Shown here piece after piece: positions 26,201-37,743 of a stretch of DNA of 64,000 nt; positions within the stretch are counted from its first letter, which is position 1; each line of letters opens with the position of its first letter. The position numbers and the translations under genes were made by a program. The notes under the pieces are model-generated. The model saw only the letters and a list, made by a program, of their open reading frames with translations, was not told where the DNA came from and did not search any database. Source of the DNA: Hydrurus foetidus (taxonomy: Eukaryota); NCBI GenBank assembly GCA_900617105.1, contig UYFQ01000779.1, positions 1 through 64,000 on the forward strand, read 5' to 3'.

Positions 26201-27720
26201 TTTGATTTCACCACCACCTCACCACGATATTTATTCAATTGAAGATTTAGCACAATTAATTTTCGACTTGAAAAATGCCAACCGTGCGGCTAGTATTTCT
26301 GTAAAATTAGTAACCAAGGCGGGTGTAGGAACAATTGCAGCGGGTGTTGCGAAAGCTAACGCAGATCATATCCTGATTGCAGGACATGATGGTGGCACAG
26401 GTGCTTCACCACTGGTTCTATAAAACATACTGGTTTACCTTGGGAATTGGTTTGGCAGAAGCTCACAAACCTTGGTAAAAACAACTTGCGAAGTCGTGTA
26501 ACGGTACAAGCAGACGGACAAATGAAAACAGGTAGAGACATTGCTATTGCTGCATTATTGGGTGCCGAAGAATGGGGCGTTGCCACTGCGGCATTTAATT
26601 GCTGGTTGTATAATGATGCGTAAATGCCACCTCAACACTTGCCTGGGGTGTTGCAACACAAGACCACGAACTTCGAAAAAGATTTACTGGAAACGCAGAA
26701 CATATTATTAATTTCTTCCGCTTTATTGTCCAGGAATTAAGGAAATTATGGCTGAATTGGGTTTTAAACTGTGAATGAAATGGTGGGACAAGTTGAGAAC
26801 TTAGAAGTAAAGAGAACATCACACATTGGAAATATAGCAAACTTGATTTATCACCAATCTTTACAGAGACAGTTTCAGACGATGTTGGTTTATACAATCA
26901 AGAAGCACAAAGAACATAATTTGAGGATGTTTTGGATTGGAAATTATTGGAAACAGCAAAACCTGCTTTAGAAAATCAAACAAAAATTACAGCTTCATTT
27001 CCTTTAAAAATACTGATAGAACGGTTGGAACAATTTTATCAAACGAACTCACAAAAATTTATAAAGCAAGGGATTGCTTGATGATACCATTCACTTCAAA
27101 TTCAATGGTACTGCGGGTCAGAAACTTTGGAGCTTTTAATAATAAGGCATTACACTTGGTGGAAGGTGATGCCAATGATTATTTTGGTAAAGGATTAAGC
27201 GGTGCAAAATTGATTATTATCCATCAAAAAAGCAGCTTTTAATCCAGCAGAAAATATAATTATTGGTAATGTAGCGTTATATGGTGCAACAGTGGTGAAG
27301 CATTTATTCGTGGTAAGCTGGTGAACGTTTTGCTGTTCGCAATAGTGGTGCAAATGCAGTGGTAGAAGGCATTGTGCGACCACGGTTGTGAGTATATGAC
27401 GAATGGAAGAGTTGTTATTTTAGGAGATACAGGAAGAAATTTTGCAGCAGGAATGAGCGGTGGGATAGCATACATTTATGATGTAAGAAATGTGTTTAAA
27501 ATAAATGCAATCTTGAAATGATTGACCTTGATAATGTAGAACAGGAAGATGTTGCTGAATTAAAAAATGCTTTCAAAACATTATGAATATACTGGTAGCA
27601 TTGTTAAAATTTATGTTGGATGATTTAGAAAACCAGTTGAAAATTTTGTAAAAGTGTTTCCTAAAAGAGTATAAAAGCAATACAAAAGGTTCAAAGTTCT
27701 AAGAGTTCAAGTTTAAAGTT
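23260..27720 (+). CDS. gltB: Glutamate synthase large subunit
   Basis: [65 protein letters not shown]. Confidence 0.97.
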
Positions 27721-27761
27721 CATCGACTTCAAACTGAACCTTAAACTTTAAACCCTCAAAC
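27686..27761. repeat. Head-to-head heptamer arrays at the gltB/gltD junction
   Basis: AAGGTTC AAAGTTC ..GAGTTC AAGTTT AAAGTT followed by roughly complementary ACTTCAA..ACCTTAA ACTTTAA ACCCTCA. Confidence 0.6.
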
Positions 27762-27769
27762 ACAATAAA

Positions 27770-29227
27770 ATGGGCAAACAAACAGGTTTATAGAATTTAC
27801 AAGAGCCTTGCCAGACAAGCGTTCTGTGGCAGAGCGTGTCAGGATTTCAAAGAATATATTCAGCCATATTCAGCCGAAAATTAAATCAACAAGCAGCACG
27901 TTGTATGGTGTGGCGTTCCATTTTGCCATAATGGTTGCCCCTTTAGGAAATGTAATTCCAGAGTTTAATGATGCTGTTTATAATAACAATGGGAAGAAGC
28001 ATATCACATACTTTCATCAACAAATAATTTCCGAGGTTTACTGGAAGAATTTGCCTGCACCTTGCGAAAGTGCCTGTGGTAGGCATTAATCAACCACCTG
28101 TTGCGATTGAAGAAATTGAAAAACATATTATAGAAATTGCTTTTGAAAAAAGGTTTTGTAAAAGCTAAAAAATAATATTGCCACGGGAAAAAGTTGCGTA
28201 ATTGGTAGTGGTCAGCTGGACTTGCTGCTGCACACAACTCAATGCTGCTGGACATTCTGTAACAGTTTTGAAAGAGATGATGCGGCAGGTGGTTTGCTAC
28301 GTTATGGTATTCCTGATTTTAAATTGAAAATGGGTGATTGATAGAAGGATTGATTTGATGAAAGAAGAAGGTGTGTTTTTAAATGCAATGCCAGCATTGG
28401 TGTAAATAGTATCAATGAATTTGTTGAGAATTTAATGCAATTGTTTTAGCTGGTGCACTATTCCAAGACTTATTATTGATTGAAGGAAGAGAGCTAAATA
28501 GTGTTCATTTTGCGATGGATTTTTAACAAAACAACCTAAATAATTACAGGTAAAAGTCCTCTGAAAATAAGCATATTGAAGGCAATATTTGACGAATTGG
28601 TTTCAAAAAATAAAATGTCGTTGTAATTGGTGGTGGTGATACTGGTAGTGATGTTGGAACATCTAACAGACAAGGAGCAAAAGTGTAACTCAATTTGAAC
28701 TGTTACCAAACCACCAGAAAGCAGAACATCATTAATGCCTTGGCCCAATTTCCCAATGATTTTAAAACAACAAATTCCCACGAAGAAGGTGTGCAGCGTC
28801 ATTGAGCTATTGCTACCAAAGTCTTTATGGCGATGAATACAACAATTTGAAAGCATTAAAAATTGTTGACCTTGAATGGAAAACAACAGAAGATGGAAAG
28901 CCTGCACGGTTTGTAGAAATGGCAAATAGTGAAAGAGAAATTCCTTGCGAATTAGTACTGCTGGCAATGGGGTTTATTCATCCACAACACAGAGGTTTGT
29001 TGAACGATTTAGGAGTTGAATTAGATGCTTGTGGTAATGTAAAAGCAACAGAAAATTACAAAACAAACATTGCAAAAGTGTTTGTTGCAGGTGATATGAG
29101 GAGAGGTCAAAGCCTTGTGGTATGGGCAATTAGTGAAGGAAGAGAATGTGCCAAAAAGTGGATGAATTTTTAATGGGCAGCTCTTTATTAGAAACAAAGA
29201 CGAATCAGTATTACAAAAATATTTTAA
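27770..29227 (+). CDS. gltD: Glutamate synthase small subunit
   Basis: MGKQTG, CHNGCPLGNVIP, CPAPCESAC, GGLLRYGIPDFK, VIGGGDTGSD, AGDMRRGQSLVVWAISEGR. Confidence 0.97.
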
Positions 29228-29230
29228 GCT

Positions 29231-29529
29231 ATGCACCTTTCACCAGAGAGACAGAAAATTATTACTACACCTTGCAGGAGAATTGGCTGAAAAGCGTAAA
29301 GCCAGAGGTTTGAAACTAAATTATCCGAAGCCATTGCTTTAATAAGTTCAAGATTACAGGAAGCCATTCGTGATGGTAGAACAGTTGCTGAACTAATGCA
29401 GTATGGCGGTACAATTCTAACAAAAAGATGTAATGGAAGGCATAGCAGAAATGATTCACGATATACAAGTTGAAGGCACTTTTCTCGATGGAACAAAATT
29501 TGGTAACTGTGCATAATCCTATTAGATGA
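29231..29529 (+). CDS. ureA: Urease subunit gamma
   Basis: [50 protein letters not shown]. Confidence 0.95.
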
Positions 29530-29545
29530 TTATTTTAAATGATAA

Positions 29546-29616
29546 ATTTGAATTTTAAATTGAAATTCAAAATTGAACATACTTCATTTAAAATATATAA
29601 TTCAAAATTTAAAATA
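29546..29616. repeat. AT-rich heptamer arrays at the ureA/ureB junction
   Basis: TTGAATT TTAAATT GAAATT then ATTCAAA ATTTAAA (complementary orientation). Confidence 0.45.
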
Positions 29617-29621
29617 GTAAA

Positions 29622-29972
29622 ATGATTCTGGAGAGTATATTTTAGCATCGTGGCAATATTAAAATTAATGCTGGCAGAAAAACTATTGGTCTAACAGTTG
29701 TAAATACTGGCGATAGACCAGTTCAAATTGGTTCACACTTTCATTTTTGAAGTGAATCGAAAGTTAAGTTTCGATAGAGCTTTTGGGATGAGGCTTGACA
29801 TTCCAGCAGGCACAGCTGTTCGCTTTGAACCTGGCGAAAAGAAATGATGAAACTTGGAGTTTGGTGGAAAGAAAAATCTGCAGGCTTTAATAATTTGGTT
29901 AATGGAAGTGTCAAATCTGTTAAGAATAAAGCACAAGCTATTGTAAAGCTATTTGAATCACTTCAAAAATAA
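29622..29972 (+). CDS. ureB: Urease subunit beta
   Basis: [38 protein letters not shown]. Confidence 0.95.
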
Positions 29973-29976
29973 TGCA

Positions 29977-31671
29977 ATGAGTGTAAATATGCGAAGGGGA
30001 AATTATGCCAATATGTATGGTCCAACAACAGGCGATAAAGTTCGTTTGGGCGATACGGAATTATTTATAGAAATTGAAAAGACTACACCGTTTATGGCGA
30101 TGAAGCCAAGTTTGGTGGTGGCAAACCATTCGTGATGGAATGGCACAATCCGCTACAGCAAAGCGTTCTGAAGGTGTGTTGGATTTTGTAATTACTAGTG
30201 TAATGATTATTGATTATTGGGGAATCGTGAGAAAGCTGATATAGAATTAAAGATGGAAAATTGTTGGAATTGGAAAGGCAGAAAACCCGATACAATGGAT
30301 GGCATTACAAAAATATGATTATTGGTGCAAGCACAGAAGTTCACGGTGGTGCAGGTTTGATTGCGACTGCAGGTGGTATTGATACTCATATACATTTCAT
30401 TTGCCCTCAACAAATTGACCACGCTTTATACAGTGGCATTACTACAATGATTGGTGGAGGAACTGGGCCTGCTGATGGCACAAATGCAACAACAGTAACG
30501 CCAGGAGCTTGGAACATTCAAAAAATGTTGGAAGCTGCTGAAGGCTATCCAATCAATCTTGGTTTTTGAAAAGGAAATTGTTCAAGCATTGAACCTTTAG
30601 AAGAACAAATTGAAGCAGGTGCTTTGGGTTTAAAATTCACGAAGATTGGGGAAGTACAACTGCTACATTGATGCTTCATTAAAAGTTGCAGACAAGTATG
30701 ATATACAAGTTGCCATACACACTGACACTTTTAAATGAAGGAGGTTTTAGAAGATACTATCAATGCAATTAATGGAAGGGTGATACATACTTTTCACACA
30801 GAAGGTGCAGGTGGTGGACACGCCCCAGATATTATCAAAGCTGCGATGTACCCCAATATTTTGCCTTCATCAACTAATCCAACAAGACCATTTACGGTGA
30901 ACACAATTGATGAACATTTGGATATGTTAATGGTGTGTCATCACTTAGATAAAAATGTTGCAGAAGATATTTCATTTGCCGATTCTCGCATTCGCCCAGA
31001 AACAATTGCAGCAGAAGATATACTGCACGATATGGGTGTGTTTAGTATGATGAGCAGTGACTCGCTATGGGTCGTCGCAGAAGTCATTACGCGTACTTGG
31101 CAAACTGCTCATAAAATGAAAGTGCAGCGTGGAAGTCTTCCGAGATGAGGACGAAGGAAATGATAATTTTCGTAAAAGATATGTTGCAAAATACACTATC
31201 AATCCTGCAATCACTCACGGCATTAGTGAATATGTTGGTTCGTTACAAGCTGGAAGCTTGCTGACATTGTATTGTGGAAGCCATCAATGTTTGGTGTTAA
31301 GCCAGAAATGATGATAAAGGAGGAATGATTATCGCTGCAAGAATGGGGATCCAAATGCATCAATTCCAACACCACAACCTGTTATGTATCGCCCAATGTT
31401 TGGTGCAAGTGGTTAGCATTGTTTAATACTTGTGCAACATTTGTTTCAAAAGTATCTTTAGAAAATAAGGTGGTGAAAGGTTATGGTTTAAGCAAAATGA
31501 TTTTGCCTGTAAAGAATTGCAGAAACATTTCAAAAAGGATTTAATTCATAATGATGCCACACCACAAATTGATGTAAACCCTGAAAATTATGAAGTAAAA
31601 GTTGATGGCATTCATATTACTTGTGAACCGATGAAAGAACTGCCTTTGACACAACGATATTTTTATTTTGA
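29977..31671 (+). CDS. ureC: Urease subunit alpha
   Basis: [57 protein letters not shown]. Confidence 0.97.
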
Positions 31672-31677
31672 TGCTGG

Positions 31678-31714
31678 AACACTGATGATACAGATTAAAC
31701 TGATTTTCGCTGAT
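31678..31714 (+). repeat. 9-bp tandem array at the ureC/ureE junction
   Basis: AACACTGAT GATACAGAT TAAACTGAT TTTCGCTGAT. Confidence 0.6.
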
Positions 31715-32226
31715 GTTGTTTTACTAATTCAAAAGATAATTCAAGAAAAGATTGGAAACATAAATTCACTCAATACTAAAACTATTGACTGTATTGATTT
31801 TGAGTGGTATGAAACGAATAAACGTATTCAAAGAAAAAACAAAAATCAGGTAAAGAAATATCATTAAGATTTTTAAATGATAATCCTTCTTTAACACAAG
31901 GAGATATTTTATTTGAAGATGAACAAACAATCATTGCTGTTGAAATTTTGCCTTTTGTGAATGTTTAGTTGTTACACCAAAAATATGTTTGAAATGGCGA
32001 GTATTTGTTATGAAATTGGCAATAAGCATTTGCCATTATTTTTGAAAATGATGAATTGCTTGTGCCTTTGAAATGCCTTTGTATAAACTGCTTACAGCAC
32101 AAGTTATGTTGTGAACAAGAACAACGAAAATTATTGTAGCCTTTAAAAACAACAGTCTCACCACACAGTAATAATGGCGAAACTTTGTTTTCTAAAATTA
32201 TGAAACTTACAACAACCAATGAATAA
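31685..32226 (+). CDS. ureE: Urease accessory protein UreE
   Basis: [29 protein letters not shown]; position in ure cluster; start uncertain. Confidence 0.85.
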
Positions 32227-32889
32227 CGCTTTACTTTCTTTATTGCATTTAACAGACCCAACCTACCAATTGGAGGTTTCTCATTCAGCAGGACTGGAAA
32301 CTTATGTGCAAGAAGGTATTGTAAAAGATGCAGATACTGCAAAGAATTTGTTGTTCAAATGCTTACCCAAAATTTGTAATACACAGATGCTGCTTTTGTT
32401 TCATTGGCTTACAATACAGCAACAGCAAGCGATATAGAAAAATATTGTTGTTAGATAATGAATGTACTGCTGTAAAACTTCCAAAAGAAATGAGACAAGC
32501 GAGCACAAATTAGGCTTGCGATTGTTGCTTTTTCAACCATTATGTGAAAATGATTTAATAAATGAATATTCAAACGCCATAAAATAGTGATGCTGTTAAT
32601 ATTATTGTTGCTTACGCTTTATGTGCTTATGCTTAAACATTAATAAGCAAGATGCTTTTAAGTGATTTTATTACAATGCAGCAGTTGGCTTTGTAACAAA
32701 TGCTGTTAAACTAGTTCCACTAAGTCAGCAAAATGGGCAAGCCATTTTATTTTCATTGAATCCTTTGATTAATAAATTAGTTCAAAATACTTTAGAGCCG
32801 AAGGAGGATTTGCTTGGCTTGTGTTGTACAGGCTTTGATATAAAAGTATGCAACACGAAAGATTATATTCTAGATTATATATGTCTTAA
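32219..32889 (+). CDS. ureF: Urease accessory protein UreF
   Basis: LLHLTDP.LPIGGFSHSAGLETY, NAVKLVPLSQ, MQHERLYSRLYMS. Confidence 0.93.
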
Positions 32890-32899
32890 ATTATTTTAA

Positions 32900-33531
32900 A
32901 TGAGTGATAGAAATTATATAAAAATTGGCGTTGCTGGTCCTGTGGGTTCTGGCAAACAGCTTTATTAGAAAGGCTAAGTCGCAAACTGGCAAAGATTACA
33001 GTATTGGTGTTATTACAAATGATATTTATACAAAGGAAGACGCAGAGTTTTTAACTAAAAATAGTTTATTACCAAAAGAGAGAATTATTGCGTAGAAACT
33101 GGTGGTTGTCCACACACTGCAATTCGTGAAGATGCCAGTATGAATTTAGAAGCTGTTGAAGAAATGGCAAATTGTTTTGCAGATATTCAAATCATATTTA
33201 TTGAAAGTGGTGGCGATAATTTATCAGCAACCTTTAGTCCCGATTTAGCAGATGTAACCATCTTCGTTATTGATGTTGCGGAAGGCGATAAAATCCTCGT
33301 AAAGGAGGACCTGGTATTACCAGAAGTGATTTATTAGTCATTAATAAAATTGACTTAGCACCTTATGTAAATGCAGATTTGAATGTGATGGAAGCTGATG
33401 CAAAAAAATGCGTAAAGGCAATCCTTTGTGTTTACCAATTTGATGAGTTTGCAAGGATTAGAAGATGTAATTGGTTGGATTAAAAGTATGCTTTGTTGGA
33501 AGAAGTTGCTGAACCTAATCTAATAAGATAG
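32900..33531 (+). CDS. ureG: Urease accessory GTPase UreG
   Basis: [45 protein letters not shown]. Confidence 0.95.
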
Positions 33532-33559
33532 TAGTTAGTGGCCAGTAATTAGTAGTCAG
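33532..33559 (+). repeat. Heptamer array at the ureG/ureD junction
   Basis: TAGTTAG TGGCCAG TAATTAG TAGTCAG. Confidence 0.6.
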
Positions 33560-33573
33560 AAAACAATCAAAAT

Positions 33574-34333
33574 TTGAAATCAAATTTGCATATACAAACC
33601 TCATTCATTAATGGAATTACACAATTAAGTAATTGCTATTTTCGCCACCATTTAAAGTGATGAATATTACAGAAGATAAACAGGGGAAGGATTTGCAGTT
33701 GATGCTAATGAGTTCATCACCAGGATTTTAGATGAAGACGAGTATGAATTGATGTTGTTGCTTCAATTGCAAACACAATCCTATCAGCGATTGTTTAATA
33801 TGCAAAAAGGTGCAACGCAATTGATGGAAATTTGTTTACAAAAAGTGCATCGTTTACTTATCTACCTCATCCTTCTGTACCACATAAAATTCAATTTTTA
33901 CTGCGAGAAATAAAATCTATTTAAACAATAATTGCAGCTTGATTTGGGGAGAAATTTTAACCTGTGGTAGGAAATTAAATGATGAAATTTTTGAATTTTT
34001 CAAAGTATCATAATATCACAGAAATCTATCTCAATAATAAACTCATTATTAAAGAAAATTTATTGACGCAGCCGCTAGCTTGTAAATCAAAATTCAATGG
34101 GGCAATTGGAAGGCTACACATCAGGCAAGTTTTATTTATATGAATGAAAGTATTGATATTGTTGAGGTGTGTGATACTATCTATGAATTTCTCTAAAGAA
34201 TGAAATACAGTTTGGTGTTTCAACAACACAAAACTAATGGAAGAATTCTGGGATTTAAGGCTGAACAATTATTCACTTACTTAAAAGAGATTTCAGCATT
34301 GGTACAACAACAAAGTTAGTGAGCAATGAATAG
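33574..34333 (+). CDS. ureD: Urease accessory protein UreD/UreH
   Basis: PPFKVMNI, LMLMSSSPG.LD.D, LQTQSYQR, YLPHPSVPH, WGEILTCGR, EGYTHQAS. Confidence 0.88.
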
Positions 34334-35010
34334 CGAATTTCAAGTTTTAATATCAGCTGCTATTGCTATTGCATTTCTTCACACTTGCAGGACCAGACCA
34401 TTATTTACCTTTTATTACTTTATCAAAATCACGAAAATGGAGTTTTGGTAAAACCATTTTTGGACAACACTTTGTGGCATTGGACACTTTAAGTTCAGTG
34501 TTATTAGGGCTTGGTGGTGCTGCACTTGGCTGGAATTTATCTAAAATAAAATGGCTTGAAAATATAAGGAGGCATTGCGGGTTGGCTCCTTTGCTGTTTG
34601 GATTGGTTTATGGAATTTGGGGTTTATGGCGTGCCTTATCAAAACAAATTACACAAACATTTTGATGTATCTGACGATGAGAATATTGTGTATGAACACA
34701 AACACGGTCAAGCTATTTTACCAACAGAAAGGCATAAAGTAACGCCTTGGGTAATTTATTATTTTTCTATTAGGTCCTTGTGAGCCAATGATTCATTATT
34801 TTATTTTCCTGCTGCACAACATTCTGGTACGGAATGATGCTGCTAATTATTATCTACACACTCTGCACTTTAATAGCAATGATTACAATGGTTTTATTGG
34901 GTTATTATGGTTTGGCTTTTATAAAATCTGACAAACTTGAAAATATATGCACGCCTTAGGAGGCTTGACATTATTGATTTGTGGCATTGGAATGGTTTTA
35001 TGGATGGTGA
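34326..35010 (+). CDS. Probable nickel transporter (UreH/NiCoT-like)
   Basis: HT(L)AGPDHYLPF, His-containing loop (HKH..HKHG), LGPCEPM, multiple TM segments; follows ure genes. Confidence 0.7.
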
Positions 35011-35085
35011 TTCTAAATACTATTTTGCTTGGTATATCCCTATTTAAACCTCAGCTTACATTTGCAGCAATTGAAGAAATAATTT

Positions 35086-37726
35086 ATGAGTGAGATTAGC
35101 AAAAAATTTTGAGCATCAGATAGCCGATAATAATTGGTATGAGCATTGGTAAACAAGGATATTTTAGTAGTGTTGTTGATAGCACTAAAGAGCCTTATAC
35201 TATTGTGATGCCTCCACCAAATGTTACTGGTATTTGCATATGGGGCATTGTTTAAACAATACCATCAAGATATTTTTAATTCGTAGGGCAAGAATGCAAG
35301 GCTTCAATGCTTGTTGGGTTCCTGGCACAGACCACGCTAGCATTGCAACAGAAGCTAAAGTGGTGCAAATGCTTAGAGAAAAGGCATCACCAAATCTTCT
35401 TTAACAAGAGAGGAGTTTTGTTATGCTTGGGAATGGAAAGAAAATATGGTGGCATAATCTTACAACAATTAAAGAAATTAGGTTGCAGTCTGATTGGAAC
35501 AGAACATCATTTACAATGGATGATAGTTACTATAAAGCTGTTATCAAATATTTGTTCAGCTGTATAATGATGGCATTATTTACAGGGGTTTAAGAATGGT
35601 GAATTGGGATCTGCAAAAAACTGCATTGAGTGATGAGGAAGTTATTTTAAAGAAATTGATTCCAAACTTTACTATGTTAAATATCCTTTGTAGAAGATTG
35701 TAGTAAGTTTATGATGGTTGCAAACCACTAGACCAGAAACCATTTTAGGTGATGTGGCAATCTGTGTGGAACCCTAATGACGAAAGATATAAATCTTGGA
35801 TTGGTAAAGAAGTAATTGTTCCTATTATCAATAGAAAATACCAATCATTGCTGATGAATATGTTGATGCCGAGTTTGGAACAGGTGCTTTAAAAATTACG
35901 CCTGCACACGATAAAATGATAATGAAATTGGTAGAAAACACAACCTTAAAACCATTGACACGTTGGATGCTGATGGCAAGTTTACTGCTGAACAATTGGA
36001 AGAAGAAAGTATTAATGATTCAGTAAAATCTTATGTAGGTGTTGATAGATTTGACTTAAGAAAAAAGATTGTTGAAGACATTGCTGCTCTAGGGCAAATT
36101 GAAAAAATAGAAGAGTATAAAGGACAAGTTGGAACAAGTGAAAGAACAGGTGCAATTATAGAATCTAGATTGAGTTTGCAATGGTGGGTTGATATGAAAA
36201 ATTTATAGCCAACAACCCTGAAACACTTACTGCTGTTATGAATGATGAGATTGTATTTCATCCTGCAAAAGCAAAAATACTTATAAGCATTGATAGAAAA
36301 TATTAAAGACTGGTGCATTAGTAGGCAACTTTGGTGGGGACAACAAATTCCTGCTTGGTATGATGAAAATGGAAATTATGTAGTTGCTGAAACAGAAGAA
36401 GAAGCTATTGAAACTTATAATAAAAATAGACCCACAGACAACGATTAAAGGCGTTTTAAAACAAGATGAAGACTGTCTCTCGACACTTGGTTCTCTTCTT
36501 GGATTTGGCCAATGGAAGTTTTCAAAGGCATCAGCAATCCTAACAATGAAGAAGTAAATTACTACTATCCAACAACCACATTGGTTACAGGCCAAGATAT
36601 TATCTTCTTTGGTTGCAAGAATGATAATGGCTGGTTATGAATTTAAAAATCAACTACCATTTAAGGATGTTTATTTCACAGGAATGGTGAGAGATAAACA
36701 AGGTAGAAAAATGAGCAAGCAATGGGCTATGCCCAGATTTGCTAGGCTTGATAGATAAATATGGAGCAGATGCTGTTCGTTTTGGAATTATGATTTCAAG
36801 CCCTGCTGGTAATGATTTATTGTTTGATGAAAGCAGTTTAGAACAAGGCAGAAACTTCAACAATAAGTTGTGGAATGCAATGGTTGGTGAAGATGTGGAA
36901 GGAAGACAGTCAACAGTTGACAGTCAACAGTCAACGGAAAATTTTGCTATTGTTTGGTTTGAAAATAGATTGAATGAGGCAAAACAAGAAGTTGAAAATT
37001 TGATGAAGCAGTTTCAATTGAGTGCTGCATTAAAAGTTATTACAGTTTAATTTGGGATGATTTCTGTAGTTGGTATTTAGAGTGGTGAAACCAGGGTTTG
37101 AACAACCAATTGAAGCAAGTGTATACAATAAAACTGTTGCATATTTTGATGAGTTGTTGCAATTATTACATCCTTTTATGCCAGTTGTAACAGAAGAAAT
37201 TTATCATCAATTAAAAGAAAGAAATCACGATTTAACAATCCAAAATCAGTCGACATTCGACTGTCAACGGTCAACGGTTTTAGAGCAAGGAAAATTATTA
37301 CAACAAGTAATTACAACACTTAGAGAGGCACGTGCAAAAACAATCTTAAGCCAAAAGAAGAAATTGTTTACATATTCAAACACAACAGCAAGAATCTTTA
37401 CTTCAATCAATAGCATTCTCGCTAAACAAGTAAATGCGAAAGAGATAAATTTGTTGTTGAAAGTGTTGCTAACACTACTGTAGTTGCTATTGAAAGTGAC
37501 AAGTTCTATATTGAATCAGACAAAGAAGTTGGATACTGTGGCTTTAAAAGAAGAGCGATAAAGACCTAAACTATCAAAAAGGGTTCTTAGAATCTGTAAT
37601 GAAAAATTGGGCAATGAACGTTTTGTTGCTAATGCAAAACCAGAAGTAATAGCATCTGAAGAAAAAGAAAAAGCAGATGCAGAAGCTAGAATAAAAACAA
37701 TAGAAGAAAGTTTAGCAACATTATAA
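35086..37726 (+). CDS. valS: Valine--tRNA ligase
   Basis: [64 protein letters not shown]. Confidence 0.97.
36904..36937 (+). repeat. In-frame heptamer array 1 in valS
   Basis: AGTCAAC AGTTGAC AGTCAAC AGTCAAC GG, translated [11 protein letters not shown]. Confidence 0.75.
37248..37277 (+). repeat. In-frame heptamer array 2 in valS
   Basis: AGTCGAC ATTCGAC TGTCAAC GGTCAAC GG, translated [10 protein letters not shown]. Confidence 0.7.
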
Positions 37727-37743
37727 ACTATTACATTTGAACG

